Source: Thermofilum adornatum | Lineage (GTDB): Archaea; Thermoproteota; Thermoprotei; Thermofilales; Thermofilaceae | Reading direction: 5' to 3' | Length of the DNA stretch: 32,000 nt | Assembly: GCF_000446015.1 (NCBI RefSeq) | Contig: NC_022093.1 | Span: forward strand, 210,001-242,000 | Part shown: piece by piece, positions 16,120-24,557 of the stretch | How positions within the stretch are numbered: position 1 is the stretch's first letter | Layout of the letters: each line of letters opens with the position of its first letter | Translations under genes and position numbers: made by a program | The notes under the pieces: model-generated | Told to the model about the DNA's origin: nothing | The model's input: the letters and a program-made list of their open reading frames with translations, nothing else | Databases searched by the model: none

Positions 16120-16971
16120 ATGAGGATCGGGTTTATTGGCACAGGTCAAATGGGTTTCCCAATGGCCCGCCACCTCGCCGGAACAGGCAACGAAATAACT
16201 GTTTGGAACAGGACTATTGAGAAAGCTAAACCACTAGCCAACTATGGAGCTAGGATCGCGGGAAGCATAAAGGAGCTTGCAGAAAACTCGGACGTGATTT
16301 TTATCATGGTTGCCGACGACGAGGCTTCTAGAAGCGTCCTTAAAGAGGTTTTCAGCCATGGGAAGCCCCAAATCATTGTGAACCACAGCACAGTTTCGCC
16401 TATACATACACGGGAAGCCTACGAAAATGCTATTGCAGTCGGAACCGAGTACCTAGCCGTACCCGTAATGGGTAATCCCACAAATGTTGAAAAGGGAGAC
16501 TGCCTCTGTATTGTGGGTGGAAGCGAAAAAGCGTTTCAGCAGGTCAGCGGCTTGACTGGAAGGTATTGCAAGGAACATGTATATGTAGGCAGTCCTGAAA
16601 AGGCCTCGGCAATAAAGCTGGCGCTAAACAGTATGTATTTTATGGCTCTAGAGTCTCTCGCCGAGGCTTTGCTCTTGGTAAAATCCTGGGACGTCGGCGA
16701 GAACGAGTTTCTGGAAATTGCGAGTAAACTATGGCTTAAAGTAATCGTGGATAGATATGCACACAGGCTATTAGACGAATCGACCCCCACTAGCTTTCAA
16801 ATGAAGCTCGCTACGAAGGATCTTTTTTATGCTGTCCTATCGGGGTATCACAGGGGCCAACCACTGCCAGTAACAACGAGGCTTGCAGAGATATTCTTGG
16901 AGGCCTCCAAATTGGGGAGGCTAGGCGACAAGGACTATACGAGAATCTACAAGTTCTTAGGCTCCAAGTAG
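16120..16971 (+). CDS. NAD(P)-dependent beta-hydroxyacid dehydrogenase (3-hydroxyisobutyrate / 6-phosphogluconate dehydrogenase-like)
   Basis: MRIGFIGTGQMGFPMARHL dinucleotide-binding motif, then VWNRT...A and an AIKLALN helix typical of the HIBADH family. Confidence 0.8.
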   Translation: MRIGFIGTGQMGFPMARHLAGTGNEITVWNRTIEKAKPLANYGARIAGSIKELAENSDVIFIMVADDEASRSVLKEVFSHGKPQIIVNHSTVSPIHTREAYENAIAVGTEYLAVPVMGNPTNVEKGDCLCIVGGSEKAFQQVSGLTGRYCKEHVYVGSPEKASAIKLALNSMYFMALESLAEALLLVKSWDVGENEFLEIASKLWLKVIVDRYAHRLLDESTPTSFQMKLATKDLFYAVLSGYHRGQPLPVTTRLAEIFLEASKLGRLGDKDYTRIYKFLGSK

Positions 16972-16972
16972 G

Positions 16973-18040
16973 CTAGATTTCTGCAATTTCGACCCACCTG
17001 TGTATTTTAAGCCCAATGTAGTCCTCAATCTTTATTGGGGAGAGAACAGCTTGTCTTATAATAAAGGAAGCAAGCTGCGCTGGAATCCTCGCTTGAACCT
17101 CTCTGGGGACATTTCCTACGGAGACTTCGAGGTCAGTGTCGCGTACAGCTTCCGGCGGAAAGCCGTCAAAGCCCTGTAGTTCGAGTTTCTGGTTGAAGTA
17201 CCACCGTGCAATTATCCTCCTAGTGGTATTCTTGGCTACTACTACGGCTCGATAGCCGCCGTTTACCTTGAAGAGGTTCTCGTCTATGAAGACGACTAGC
17301 CTGCGGACTTCTCTTTTTTTCTCAAAGGGAAGCCTAGCCTTAGCTACCCAGCTTTCCAGATCGTCTAGAAAATCATGGGGGGACCTGTATTTATTTGCGA
17401 GGATTTCTTTGGGCATTCTTGCCACGGGTCTCTCAATCATTATTTCGAGTAATCTTCTCATGTTTTTCCCAGGAGCAATGACATATTGCCATGGTATGTC
17501 TAGCCAGTCTTCATACCGATCTATCAGGTTCCACTTTTTCAATAGTTTTACGCGACTGTTGAGTTGTGGATCGAGGACAGCTTCCATTTTTACATCCAGT
17601 TCTGTTTGTGTTAGTGTCCCAGCGTAGGCAATAGCAAATGCTTTTTTTGATACATGTTGTCCCGGTATAACTGCTAGAAAAGTGTCCTGGGCATATGGCT
17701 TAGCTAGCTCTGGCTTTGTTGAGTTCATTACCGCTTCGAGTAAGGAGTCTAGGTTTCCTGGTATAAAGTTGGGATGTAGCCTTATTATTCTTTCATCTAT
17801 GTAGGGAAGTTCTAGCCTAGCTGAATAGTCTTCGGCCACAATGCCCCCAACTATAAATACGTCTTGTTTTTTCGCCTCTAGGAGTTTCTCGGGGCACTGT
17901 TTGTTTAAACCGTTCTTGTCGTAGCATTTCACTGGTGTGAGGTTTTCGTCTAGAAGTATCTTGTGGAATACAGACTCGTCGCTTATTGCTATAGGGGCAG
18001 GTGATGCCCTCTTTGGGTCAGGTATGTATATTACGAGCAT
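16973..18040 (-). CDS. hypothetical protein (355 aa), fourth gene of the small-GTPase operon
   Basis: Intact ORF 9 nt downstream of the preceding gene. I recognise no family. Confidence 0.6.
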   Translation of the reverse strand: MLVIYIPDPKRASPAPIAISDESVFHKILLDENLTPVKCYDKNGLNKQCPEKLLEAKKQDVFIVGGIVAEDYSARLELPYIDERIIRLHPNFIPGNLDSLLEAVMNSTKPELAKPYAQDTFLAVIPGQHVSKKAFAIAYAGTLTQTELDVKMEAVLDPQLNSRVKLLKKWNLIDRYEDWLDIPWQYVIAPGKNMRRLLEIMIERPVARMPKEILANKYRSPHDFLDDLESWVAKARLPFEKKREVRRLVVFIDENLFKVNGGYRAVVVAKNTTRRIIARWYFNQKLELQGFDGFPPEAVRDTDLEVSVGNVPREVQARIPAQLASFIIRQAVLSPIKIEDYIGLKIHRWVEIAEI

Positions 18041-18049
18041 TAAGTCTTT

Positions 18050-18883
18050 TTACCTTTTCTGTGCATATATAAGTGTAAAGGGTCCCTGGGCATGGTATCG
18101 TATTTGTGTGAAACGTGCGTCTTGCAGGTCTCTGAGTATTTTTTCTAGGGGTGGATACTCTGGTATCTTCCATATCTTTAGAAGGGTTCTCAGGCCTTCT
18201 CTGGCGTTGTCTGGGAACATCGCTATAAGGGTTCCACGTCTTTTGAGCAGCTTTACGGCTAAATCCAGGACAGTTCTCCAACCGAGGCTCATGGCTTCCA
18301 GGGATGATGAAACAAATATATCTACATTTGTTGCCAATGATGAAAATTGCTCAGATGTTTCCAAGGTAAAGGCTTTAAGATTTAAATTGTATTTCCGGTT
18401 GTATTCTTCTATGGCTTCTTTGAATATTGTGTTTTGGAGTATCCATCTTTCAGCTAATACATGGTTATTTGTATTGAAACGTGAATTCATTTTTGCAAGC
18501 ATTATTGGAGCAACTGGGTTAACCTCGACTGCGACGGCGCTTTGCGGGACGGAGAGGATGTTTAGAGCCCATTCTTGGAGATTTTCCACAATAGCCATTC
18601 TATTGAAAAGTTCGGCAAAAAGGAGGTATGGTCTCCAGTCTCCTTCAAGGTAAACTTCTGAATAGGCCGTTATTCCATATTGGAAGATTTCTTGGAACTC
18701 TTTATGCTCTATTCCTAGCTGTGCATTGTTTAGACGTGTAGTTGCCGATGTTACAAGAGATGGAAGTAGCTTTTCGATGCTAGCTAGGTCTAGCAACTGG
18801 GGTGCAGATGTTTTTCTGAAGTTTGCCAAAGCCTCAGGAAGCAGTGTTACAGCGATGTCGTGGAAAACCTCTGGATATGACAT
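18050..18883 (-). CDS. hypothetical protein (277 aa), third gene of the small-GTPase operon
   Basis: The start overlaps the upstream stop (TAATG). The C-terminal half (VDIFVSSSLEAMSLGWRTVLDLAVKLLKRRGTLIAMFPD) faintly recalls a class I methyltransferase fold, but I see no Gly-rich SAM loop. Confidence 0.6.
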   Translation of the reverse strand: MSYPEVFHDIAVTLLPEALANFRKTSAPQLLDLASIEKLLPSLVTSATTRLNNAQLGIEHKEFQEIFQYGITAYSEVYLEGDWRPYLLFAELFNRMAIVENLQEWALNILSVPQSAVAVEVNPVAPIMLAKMNSRFNTNNHVLAERWILQNTIFKEAIEEYNRKYNLNLKAFTLETSEQFSSLATNVDIFVSSSLEAMSLGWRTVLDLAVKLLKRRGTLIAMFPDNAREGLRTLLKIWKIPEYPPLEKILRDLQDARFTQIRYHAQGPFTLIYAQKR

Positions 18884-19689
18884 TACTCTACCACCAAGTC
18901 TATTATTTTCCTTCTTTGAAGTGAGAGAAGGGCTTCAATATATGAATAAATAATCTGGGGGTTTTCCAGACCGAGAAGTTGAGAAACTTTTGTGTTTGAT
19001 ACTTCCATGACCCTGTTGATAAATCCTCCATTGTGTTTATCGAAGAGGATCATAGGCCTGTATTTACGTGCCAGCATGGCTTCTCTTTCGTGTACTTTTA
19101 CCGTTATGTTTGAAGCGTTAGTAATGAGCCAGAAGACCTGCTTAATGTACTCGAAGGGTTTCTCTTCTATGAGTACGTCTAGGAGCCTTATCGCGTTTAC
19201 GTAGTCTGCCTGGTTGAATGAGAAGGATGTATCGAGCGCCTCGGCTAAAAGCTCTAGCCATGATCTTGCTTGCTGGTAGCTAATGTCTCTTGCAAAGTCG
19301 ACTTCGAGAGTAGTTTCTCCTTTGTAAACCTTGATGCTACTTGATGGTTGTCTCAGGTATCCACTTATGCGGTAATTTATTCTTTTGCTTTCAACTGTAA
19401 AACCGGCAATGTTTCTAAGGCCTCTTAGCCACTCGTCGGGGACTTTAACTTGGTAAAAACCCTTTGCAACTGGCTGTAAAAGGGAGAACACCCTTGTTCC
19501 TCTTTCCTCTCCATTTCTGTCGACATACACAATCAGCACATGATTATCATGTGGAAAGGCTACCCCGGCTAGCCCTAAAGGATTGCTCTGCGCATCAATC
19601 AAAATCTTATCATTTACTTCCACGGTTTCGACGGTATTACAAGTAGGACATCTTATTTTAAATACCCGAACCATCCCCTGTTTGCTCAT
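18883..19689 (-). CDS. hypothetical protein (268 aa), second gene of the small-GTPase operon
   Basis: The start overlaps the GTPase stop (ATGA). The N-terminus has CPTC followed by PHDNH (a possible C2H2-type metal site), then a beta-rich region and a helical region. Confidence 0.6.
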   Translation of the reverse strand: MSKQGMVRVFKIRCPTCNTVETVEVNDKILIDAQSNPLGLAGVAFPHDNHVLIVYVDRNGEERGTRVFSLLQPVAKGFYQVKVPDEWLRGLRNIAGFTVESKRINYRISGYLRQPSSSIKVYKGETTLEVDFARDISYQQARSWLELLAEALDTSFSFNQADYVNAIRLLDVLIEEKPFEYIKQVFWLITNASNITVKVHEREAMLARKYRPMILFDKHNGGFINRVMEVSNTKVSQLLGLENPQIIYSYIEALLSLQRRKIIDLVVE

Positions 19690-20210
19690 AAACTCCCTCT
19701 TTCAATAATGTTTTTTAACAAAAAAATAAATGCCTCATTAACATTTATTCCTTTCGCTACTGAAACCTCAAAATATTCTAGCATGCCTTTTGAGCGGGCA
19801 TATTCTCTAGCCAAGGAATACGGCACGATCTTAAGCTCCTCTAAATCCGCCTTGTTTCCAACGAGTATGCTTGGAACGTTTCCGACAACTCCTTCACTTA
19901 TTTTTCTCCACTCTTCAATCTCAAGAAAAGTTTCTTCGCGTGTAAGATCAAACACATAGATAATGCCTTTTGCTCCCTTCAGAAACATGGGGGCCAAGAA
20001 ACGGAACCTGTGCTCTCCGCCTAGATCCCATATAGCTACCGAGATTTCTTTACCATCTAGAACAAGCTTCTTGAAGAAATGCTGTATCCCTACTGTTAAT
20101 TTTTCTTGTGGGTTAAATTGTTGTCCAGTAAAGTATCTTGCAAGGCTTGTTTTTCCCACGCCTCCGGGACCGCATAGGGAGATCTTAATTGGAATTGTCA
20201 ATGTAATCAC
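19686..20210 (-). CDS. Ras-superfamily small GTPase (Rab/Ras-like)
   Basis: G1 is GPGGVGKT. G2 is the Thr in LTVGIQ. G3 is WDLGGEHRF. G4 is GNKADL. G5 is VSVAKGINVNEAF. The protein is 174 aa with a GTG start. Confidence 0.85.
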   Translation of the reverse strand: MITLTIPIKISLCGPGGVGKTSLARYFTGQQFNPQEKLTVGIQHFFKKLVLDGKEISVAIWDLGGEHRFRFLAPMFLKGAKGIIYVFDLTREETFLEIEEWRKISEGVVGNVPSILVGNKADLEELKIVPYSLAREYARSKGMLEYFEVSVAKGINVNEAFIFLLKNIIERGSL

Positions 20211-20220
20211 TCTCTAGATA

Positions 20221-20269
20221 TCCTTTGGAATAATGTTAGTTTTTGAATAAAAATTTATTCCTTGGAATA
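20221..20269. repeat. direct repeats TCCTTTGGAATA (20221-20232) and TCCTTGGAATA (20259-20269) bracketing an A/T-rich TATA-like stretch upstream of the GTPase gene
   Basis: Read directly in the 70-nt gap between the aminotransferase stop and the GTPase start. Confidence 0.4.
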
Positions 20270-20280
20270 TGGTATTTATT

Positions 20281-21474
20281 CTAGCTCTCCACCCATTCCT
20301 TTATTCTCTTTATGCCTTCTCTTATCGCGTTTTCGGGCACGGCGAAAGAGAATCTAAGATGATTTATGCCTCCATCTTTGGGGAAGGCTGTGCCGGGTAA
20401 AGTTACCACCCCCTTCTCGTATAGAAGCCTGTCGACCAGTTCTCTTTCGTTTTTCAGCCCCTTCTCTTTTATGACTTGGGTGAAGTCTGGGAAAATATAG
20501 AATGCGCCCTCTGGCTTTACTGTCCTGACACCCTTAATCGATAATAGTTCCTGGTATATTAAGTCTCTCCTTCTCTTGTAGCCCTCTAGGATCTCTTTGA
20601 ACCAGTCCAGCCCATAGTCTAGGGCGCGTGCCGCGGCAATTTGCTCAAAGGTTACTGGGCACGAGTAAATGTTATTTGCGACGACGGAAAGTTTTGAGAC
20701 TAGGTCTTTGTTGGTGATTACGTAGCCTAGCCGCCAGCCTGTCATTGCAAAGGTCTTGGAGAAGCCGTTTACATAATAAACTGTTTCTCTCCAGTTAGCT
20801 GTTTGGAGAGTCGAGAAGTGTTTCTTTTCATATACAAAGTGATCATATATCTCGTCTGAGAGAATAACTATTCCTTTCTTTGAAGCGAAGTCTACTATTT
20901 CCTCTATGTCTCTTCTATCTATAGTTGTGCCTACGGGGTTCTCGGGGTAGTTTAGGACAATCATTTTAGTCTTGTCTGTAACCAGCTTCTCTATTTCCGG
21001 GAAGGTTATCTTGTAATTATTGTCTCTGTGGAGCCTTAGAAAAACAGGTTTGGCCCCTATATATCTGGCGACAGACTCATAGAGTGGATATGAGGGGTCG
21101 GGTATTATGACCTCGTCTCCGGGCTCTAGAAGTGTTATCATCCCTATAAAGATTGCAGACTTAGCTCCAACAGTTACTGCCACTTCTTCAGGCTTTACGT
21201 CGGTTCCATATTCCTGCGAGACGAAGTCGGCAATCTTTTCTCTTAGCTCTGGCATTCCAAGGCTTGGTCCATAACCGTTGAATCCCTCATCCATCGCTTT
21301 CTTGGCTTCTGCCAACACGTGGGGAGGGGGCTGAAAGTCCGGCTGTCCTATCCCGAAGGAAATTACGTCTACGCCTTTCTTCTTTAACTCGAGGCTTTTT
21401 GCAAGGTAAACAAAGGCTTCTTCTGCTCCAAACTGAGAAGAAGCCCTACTAACCCGAAATGCCTGTGGAGTCAC
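20281..21474 (-). CDS. pyridoxal-phosphate-dependent aminotransferase, class I/II (aspartate aminotransferase-like)
   Basis: NGFSKTFAMTGWRLGY (PLP-lysine motif SK....G.R.GY), NYPENPVG and GQPDF. GTG start. Confidence 0.85.
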   Translation of the reverse strand: MTPQAFRVSRASSQFGAEEAFVYLAKSLELKKKGVDVISFGIGQPDFQPPPHVLAEAKKAMDEGFNGYGPSLGMPELREKIADFVSQEYGTDVKPEEVAVTVGAKSAIFIGMITLLEPGDEVIIPDPSYPLYESVARYIGAKPVFLRLHRDNNYKITFPEIEKLVTDKTKMIVLNYPENPVGTTIDRRDIEEIVDFASKKGIVILSDEIYDHFVYEKKHFSTLQTANWRETVYYVNGFSKTFAMTGWRLGYVITNKDLVSKLSVVANNIYSCPVTFEQIAAARALDYGLDWFKEILEGYKRRRDLIYQELLSIKGVRTVKPEGAFYIFPDFTQVIKEKGLKNERELVDRLLYEKGVVTLPGTAFPKDGGINHLRFSFAVPENAIREGIKRIKEWVES

Positions 21475-21610
21475 GAGATATATCTTTGATAATGTATATT
21501 AATTGTTTTCCCTCGCGGGTATGCATCAACGCAAAGGTAAAATTAAAGATTTTTTAACTAGTTGTATATCAAATAAAACTTTATAAATATTTTTGCATTA
21601 AATTTTATAG

Positions 21611-22102
21611 GTGAAAATTATGGAGACCCTTGTCAAAAACGTACAAGAAATTTTAGCATCTATTGAGTCGGGCATCAAAGAGAAAAAGTTTCCAGAGCAA
21701 ATAAGAATATATATCGAGCAGTTGGGGAGAAATTTAAGGCAATTCCTAGAAACAATCGAGATCGCTACACAGCTAAATACAATACAGACCCCTATAAGCC
21801 CGAGCTCAAGAAGCGCTGTATTTAACTTGCGGAAAGCCTTCTATGCTATACTAACTAAAGAGATCAAGCAAAGCGGAGTAAATAAGGATAAGAGCTTGGA
21901 GGAGTGGAGGAGAGCTGCTTCGAAAATAATTGAGACATATGAGAAAAGTGGGTTGACAGAGACACCTTCAAAGATAGTTTTGAGCTACGAGATTAAAGAA
22001 GAAGGAGGAGTCAAATACATCTCATTCAAGAATGCAAAAATATTCTACTTTGAACTCGAAGGCATTCTACCAGTAGACCTGTCAACCGGAGAGAAAAGAT
22101 AA
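21611..22102 (+). CDS. hypothetical protein (163 aa; ATG at 21620 is an alternative start)
   Basis: Intact ORF with a K/E/I-rich helical-looking product. TTTATAAATA lies upstream. Confidence 0.5.
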   Translation: MKIMETLVKNVQEILASIESGIKEKKFPEQIRIYIEQLGRNLRQFLETIEIATQLNTIQTPISPSSRSAVFNLRKAFYAILTKEIKQSGVNKDKSLEEWRRAASKIIETYEKSGLTETPSKIVLSYEIKEEGGVKYISFKNAKIFYFELEGILPVDLSTGEKR

Positions 22103-22413
22103 GAGTTGAGAAGGGAGTCATCTATATCTGGGGACTCTGTATAGGGTCCAGTGTACCATCCCTTTGCTATTTTTATGAGTTCCTCCTGTGGGAGAATGTC
22201 TTCTGCCAGTTTCAGTACGTCTTCGAATGTTCCTTTTTTCCTTATTTCTCGGATTCTTTTTTTGAGATAAGGCTTCTCGTAGACAAGCATTCGGGCCATC
22301 TCTTCAAAGATTTTACGACCTTCACTGTTAAGTGAACCATTAGAAAAATAGTTTGAGTTTTGTTTTAGGAGCTTTTTCATGAGGTTCTCTACGTCACGAC
22401 CCACGTCGTCCAT
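22045..22413 (-). CDS. hypothetical protein (122 aa)
   Basis: Intact ORF with a K/E-rich product. Its 3' end overlaps the convergent 163-aa ORF by 58 nt. Confidence 0.5.
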   Translation of the reverse strand: MDDVGRDVENLMKKLLKQNSNYFSNGSLNSEGRKIFEEMARMLVYEKPYLKKRIREIRKKGTFEDVLKLAEDILPQEELIKIAKGWYTGPYTESPDIDDSLLNSYLFSPVDRSTGRMPSSSK

Positions 22414-22440
22414 TGGCTTCTAAGGTATAATAATTCGATC

Positions 22441-22560
22441 CTATTTTACTTTTACTTTGTAGAGGCTTCCATGAGACTCGATGACTATTGCTGGTGGTGC
22501 CGCTTTTACTTCTCGCACTTTAATCTTTTTGCCAGCAATTTTCCTCAAAAATTCTTCCAT
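22441..22560 (-). CDS. candidate unannotated small ORF (39 aa from the ATG; the frame stays open up to 22617)
   Basis: My own translation of the minus strand gives (ELYIVQGKTKTGGKVEELT)MEEFLRKIAGKKIKVREVKAAPPAIVIESHGSLYKVKVK*. Its composition is far more protein-like than the 77-aa plus-strand ORF on the opposite strand. Confidence 0.25.
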   Translation of the reverse strand: MEEFLRKIAGKKIKVREVKAAPPAIVIESHGSLYKVKVK

Positions 22561-22738
22561 GGTTAGTTCTTCCACTTTTCCACCTGTCTTAGTTTTGCCT
22601 TGGACAATGTATAGTTCTTACAATGCTTTTCATAGCGTCCTAAGTCCTGAATACAACTGTTTTACGACTAGAGTGCCATATGCATGTACAAAGTTGGAAG
22701 ATTATCTTAATTAATGTGGGAAAACTATTGTTGCCTGC

Positions 22739-24556
22739 ATGTGCGGGATAGTTGGGATAGCATCTTCAAATAGAAATGTTGGACCACTGATAGTCGACTG
22801 TCTAAAAAAATTGGAATATAGAGGCTACGACAGCGTGGGTGTAGCTATTGTTGGAAAGCATGGCATTCTTATTCGTAAAGGCGCAGGCAAAATAGACTCA
22901 GTAGATGAGGCAAAGTGTTTAAGGTGCCTGGAGGGAAATGTAGGAATAGGTCATACACGTTGGGCTACTCATGGTCCTCCAACTGATGAGAACGCTCATC
23001 CCCACACGGATTGTGAAGGTAGAATTGCCGTTGTCCATAATGGTATTATTGAAAACTATATGGAGCTCAAAAAGATGCTCATCGCTAAAGGTCATGTTTT
23101 CAGGAGTTCCACTGATACAGAAGTTATAGCTCACTTGCTTGAGGAAAATGCAAGAAATAATTCTGACTTTTTCGACGTGTTTCGAAGAACAGTTCGTTCT
23201 CTTTCTGGTAGCTATGCTTTAGCTGTGGTTTCGGTCATGGCTCCTGGAAAGATCTTTTTTGCCAGAAAGCATTCGCCCCTCGTTATAGGTCTTGGCAAAG
23301 ATGTCATGTTTGTTGCTTCCGATATACCGGCCTTTCTCGATTTTACAAACAAGGTTATCGTGCTTAATGACGGCGAGCTTGGCTACATTGATAGTGGAAG
23401 TGTTTACATGGAAACAATAGAGGGCAAACCGATAGATGTTTCCAGCAGGATATTAGTCGTCCCATGGACAGCTGAACAGGCAAGGAAAGAGGGGTTCCCT
23501 CACTTTATGCTAAAAGAAATCCATGAACAACCACTCGTAATAGGTGAGACTATTCGTGGCTTTGGCATAGACTATGAAAAAGGCGCGGAGATGCTGGTCA
23601 ATGGAAAAAACATTTTTGTTACAGCGGCTGGGACAAGTTTTCATGCATCACTCTACTTCGCGCTCCTCACGATGAAGCTCTCCTCCCAGAAAGTTATACC
23701 TTTTATCTCTTCTGAATACGAAGTCTACGCTCATGTAGCTAGCGAAGATGATGTTCTCCTAGCTGTGTCGCAGAGTGGTGAGACTATTGATACACTGGCT
23801 GCTCTTAGGGCCTTCAAACAGAAGGGTGCAAAAGTCGTGTCCCTAACAAATGTTATTGGCAGTGTGATTGCCAGGGAAAGTGACCGTCAGATATACATGA
23901 AGGCTGGACCCGAAATAGGCGTAGCAGCAACAAAAACATTTACCGTCCAGCTAACTGCTTTGACTTGGCTTTCCATTCTTATTTCGCACCATACAGGAAA
24001 AATAGGTGAAAATGAATTAAAAGAAATCAATTCATCACTTAAAGAGTTGCCCTCACTCGTTGAAAAGACAATTAATTTGTATAGTGGATGGAGCAAGGAG
24101 CTGTCCAATTTCATGGCAAAGAAGGCCAGTGCTTATTACTTGAGCAGGGGACTTGGTGTACCTATAGCACTTGAGGGGGCCTTGAAACTGAAGGAAATAG
24201 CTTATATACATGCCGAGGGGTATCCAGCTGGGGAAAGCAAACACGGCCCTATAGCACTTGTCGAGAAGAATTTCCCAGTAGTTTTTGTCTCAATTGAGAA
24301 ATCGCTCGAAAAGCGTCTTCATGGAAACGTTGAAGAGATGAAAGCTAGAGGTGCACATACAATAGGAATAATTCCAAAGGACTCGGAGCTACGGGAGCTC
24401 TTTGACAGGACAGCGATCCTGCCCTCCAGCAACGAGTTTTTAACTCCTATTTTAGGCGTTGTTCCTTTACAGCTACTTGCATACTACACCGCCGTGGAAA
24501 AAGGTTATGACCCGGACAAGCCTAGAAATCTTGCAAAAACAGTTACGGTGGAATAA
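22739..24556 (+). CDS. glmS: glutamine--fructose-6-phosphate aminotransferase (isomerizing)
   Basis: MCGIVGI N-terminal nucleophile, GIGHTRWATHG, two SIS domains (SQSGETIDT) and the C-terminal NLAKTVTVE. Confidence 0.95.
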   Translation: MCGIVGIASSNRNVGPLIVDCLKKLEYRGYDSVGVAIVGKHGILIRKGAGKIDSVDEAKCLRCLEGNVGIGHTRWATHGPPTDENAHPHTDCEGRIAVVHNGIIENYMELKKMLIAKGHVFRSSTDTEVIAHLLEENARNNSDFFDVFRRTVRSLSGSYALAVVSVMAPGKIFFARKHSPLVIGLGKDVMFVASDIPAFLDFTNKVIVLNDGELGYIDSGSVYMETIEGKPIDVSSRILVVPWTAEQARKEGFPHFMLKEIHEQPLVIGETIRGFGIDYEKGAEMLVNGKNIFVTAAGTSFHASLYFALLTMKLSSQKVIPFISSEYEVYAHVASEDDVLLAVSQSGETIDTLAALRAFKQKGAKVVSLTNVIGSVIARESDRQIYMKAGPEIGVAATKTFTVQLTALTWLSILISHHTGKIGENELKEINSSLKELPSLVEKTINLYSGWSKELSNFMAKKASAYYLSRGLGVPIALEGALKLKEIAYIHAEGYPAGESKHGPIALVEKNFPVVFVSIEKSLEKRLHGNVEEMKARGAHTIGIIPKDSELRELFDRTAILPSSNEFLTPILGVVPLQLLAYYTAVEKGYDPDKPRNLAKTVTVE

Positions 24557-24557
24557 A

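Noticed and set aside
17937-18653. 238-aa plus-strand ORF
   Set aside because: It is antisense to two genes of the tightly coupled GTPase operon. The S/R/F-rich composition is atypical for this genome.
22481-22714. 77-aa plus-strand ORF
   Set aside because: The product is S/T/F/P-rich and low in complexity with no motif. The opposite strand has a more plausible small ORF.
24459-24557. 33-codon N-terminal extension of the GlmU-like ORF
   Set aside because: It overlaps the conserved C-terminus of glmS in another frame. MLPVVLAAG at 24558 is the typical nucleotidyltransferase N-terminus.
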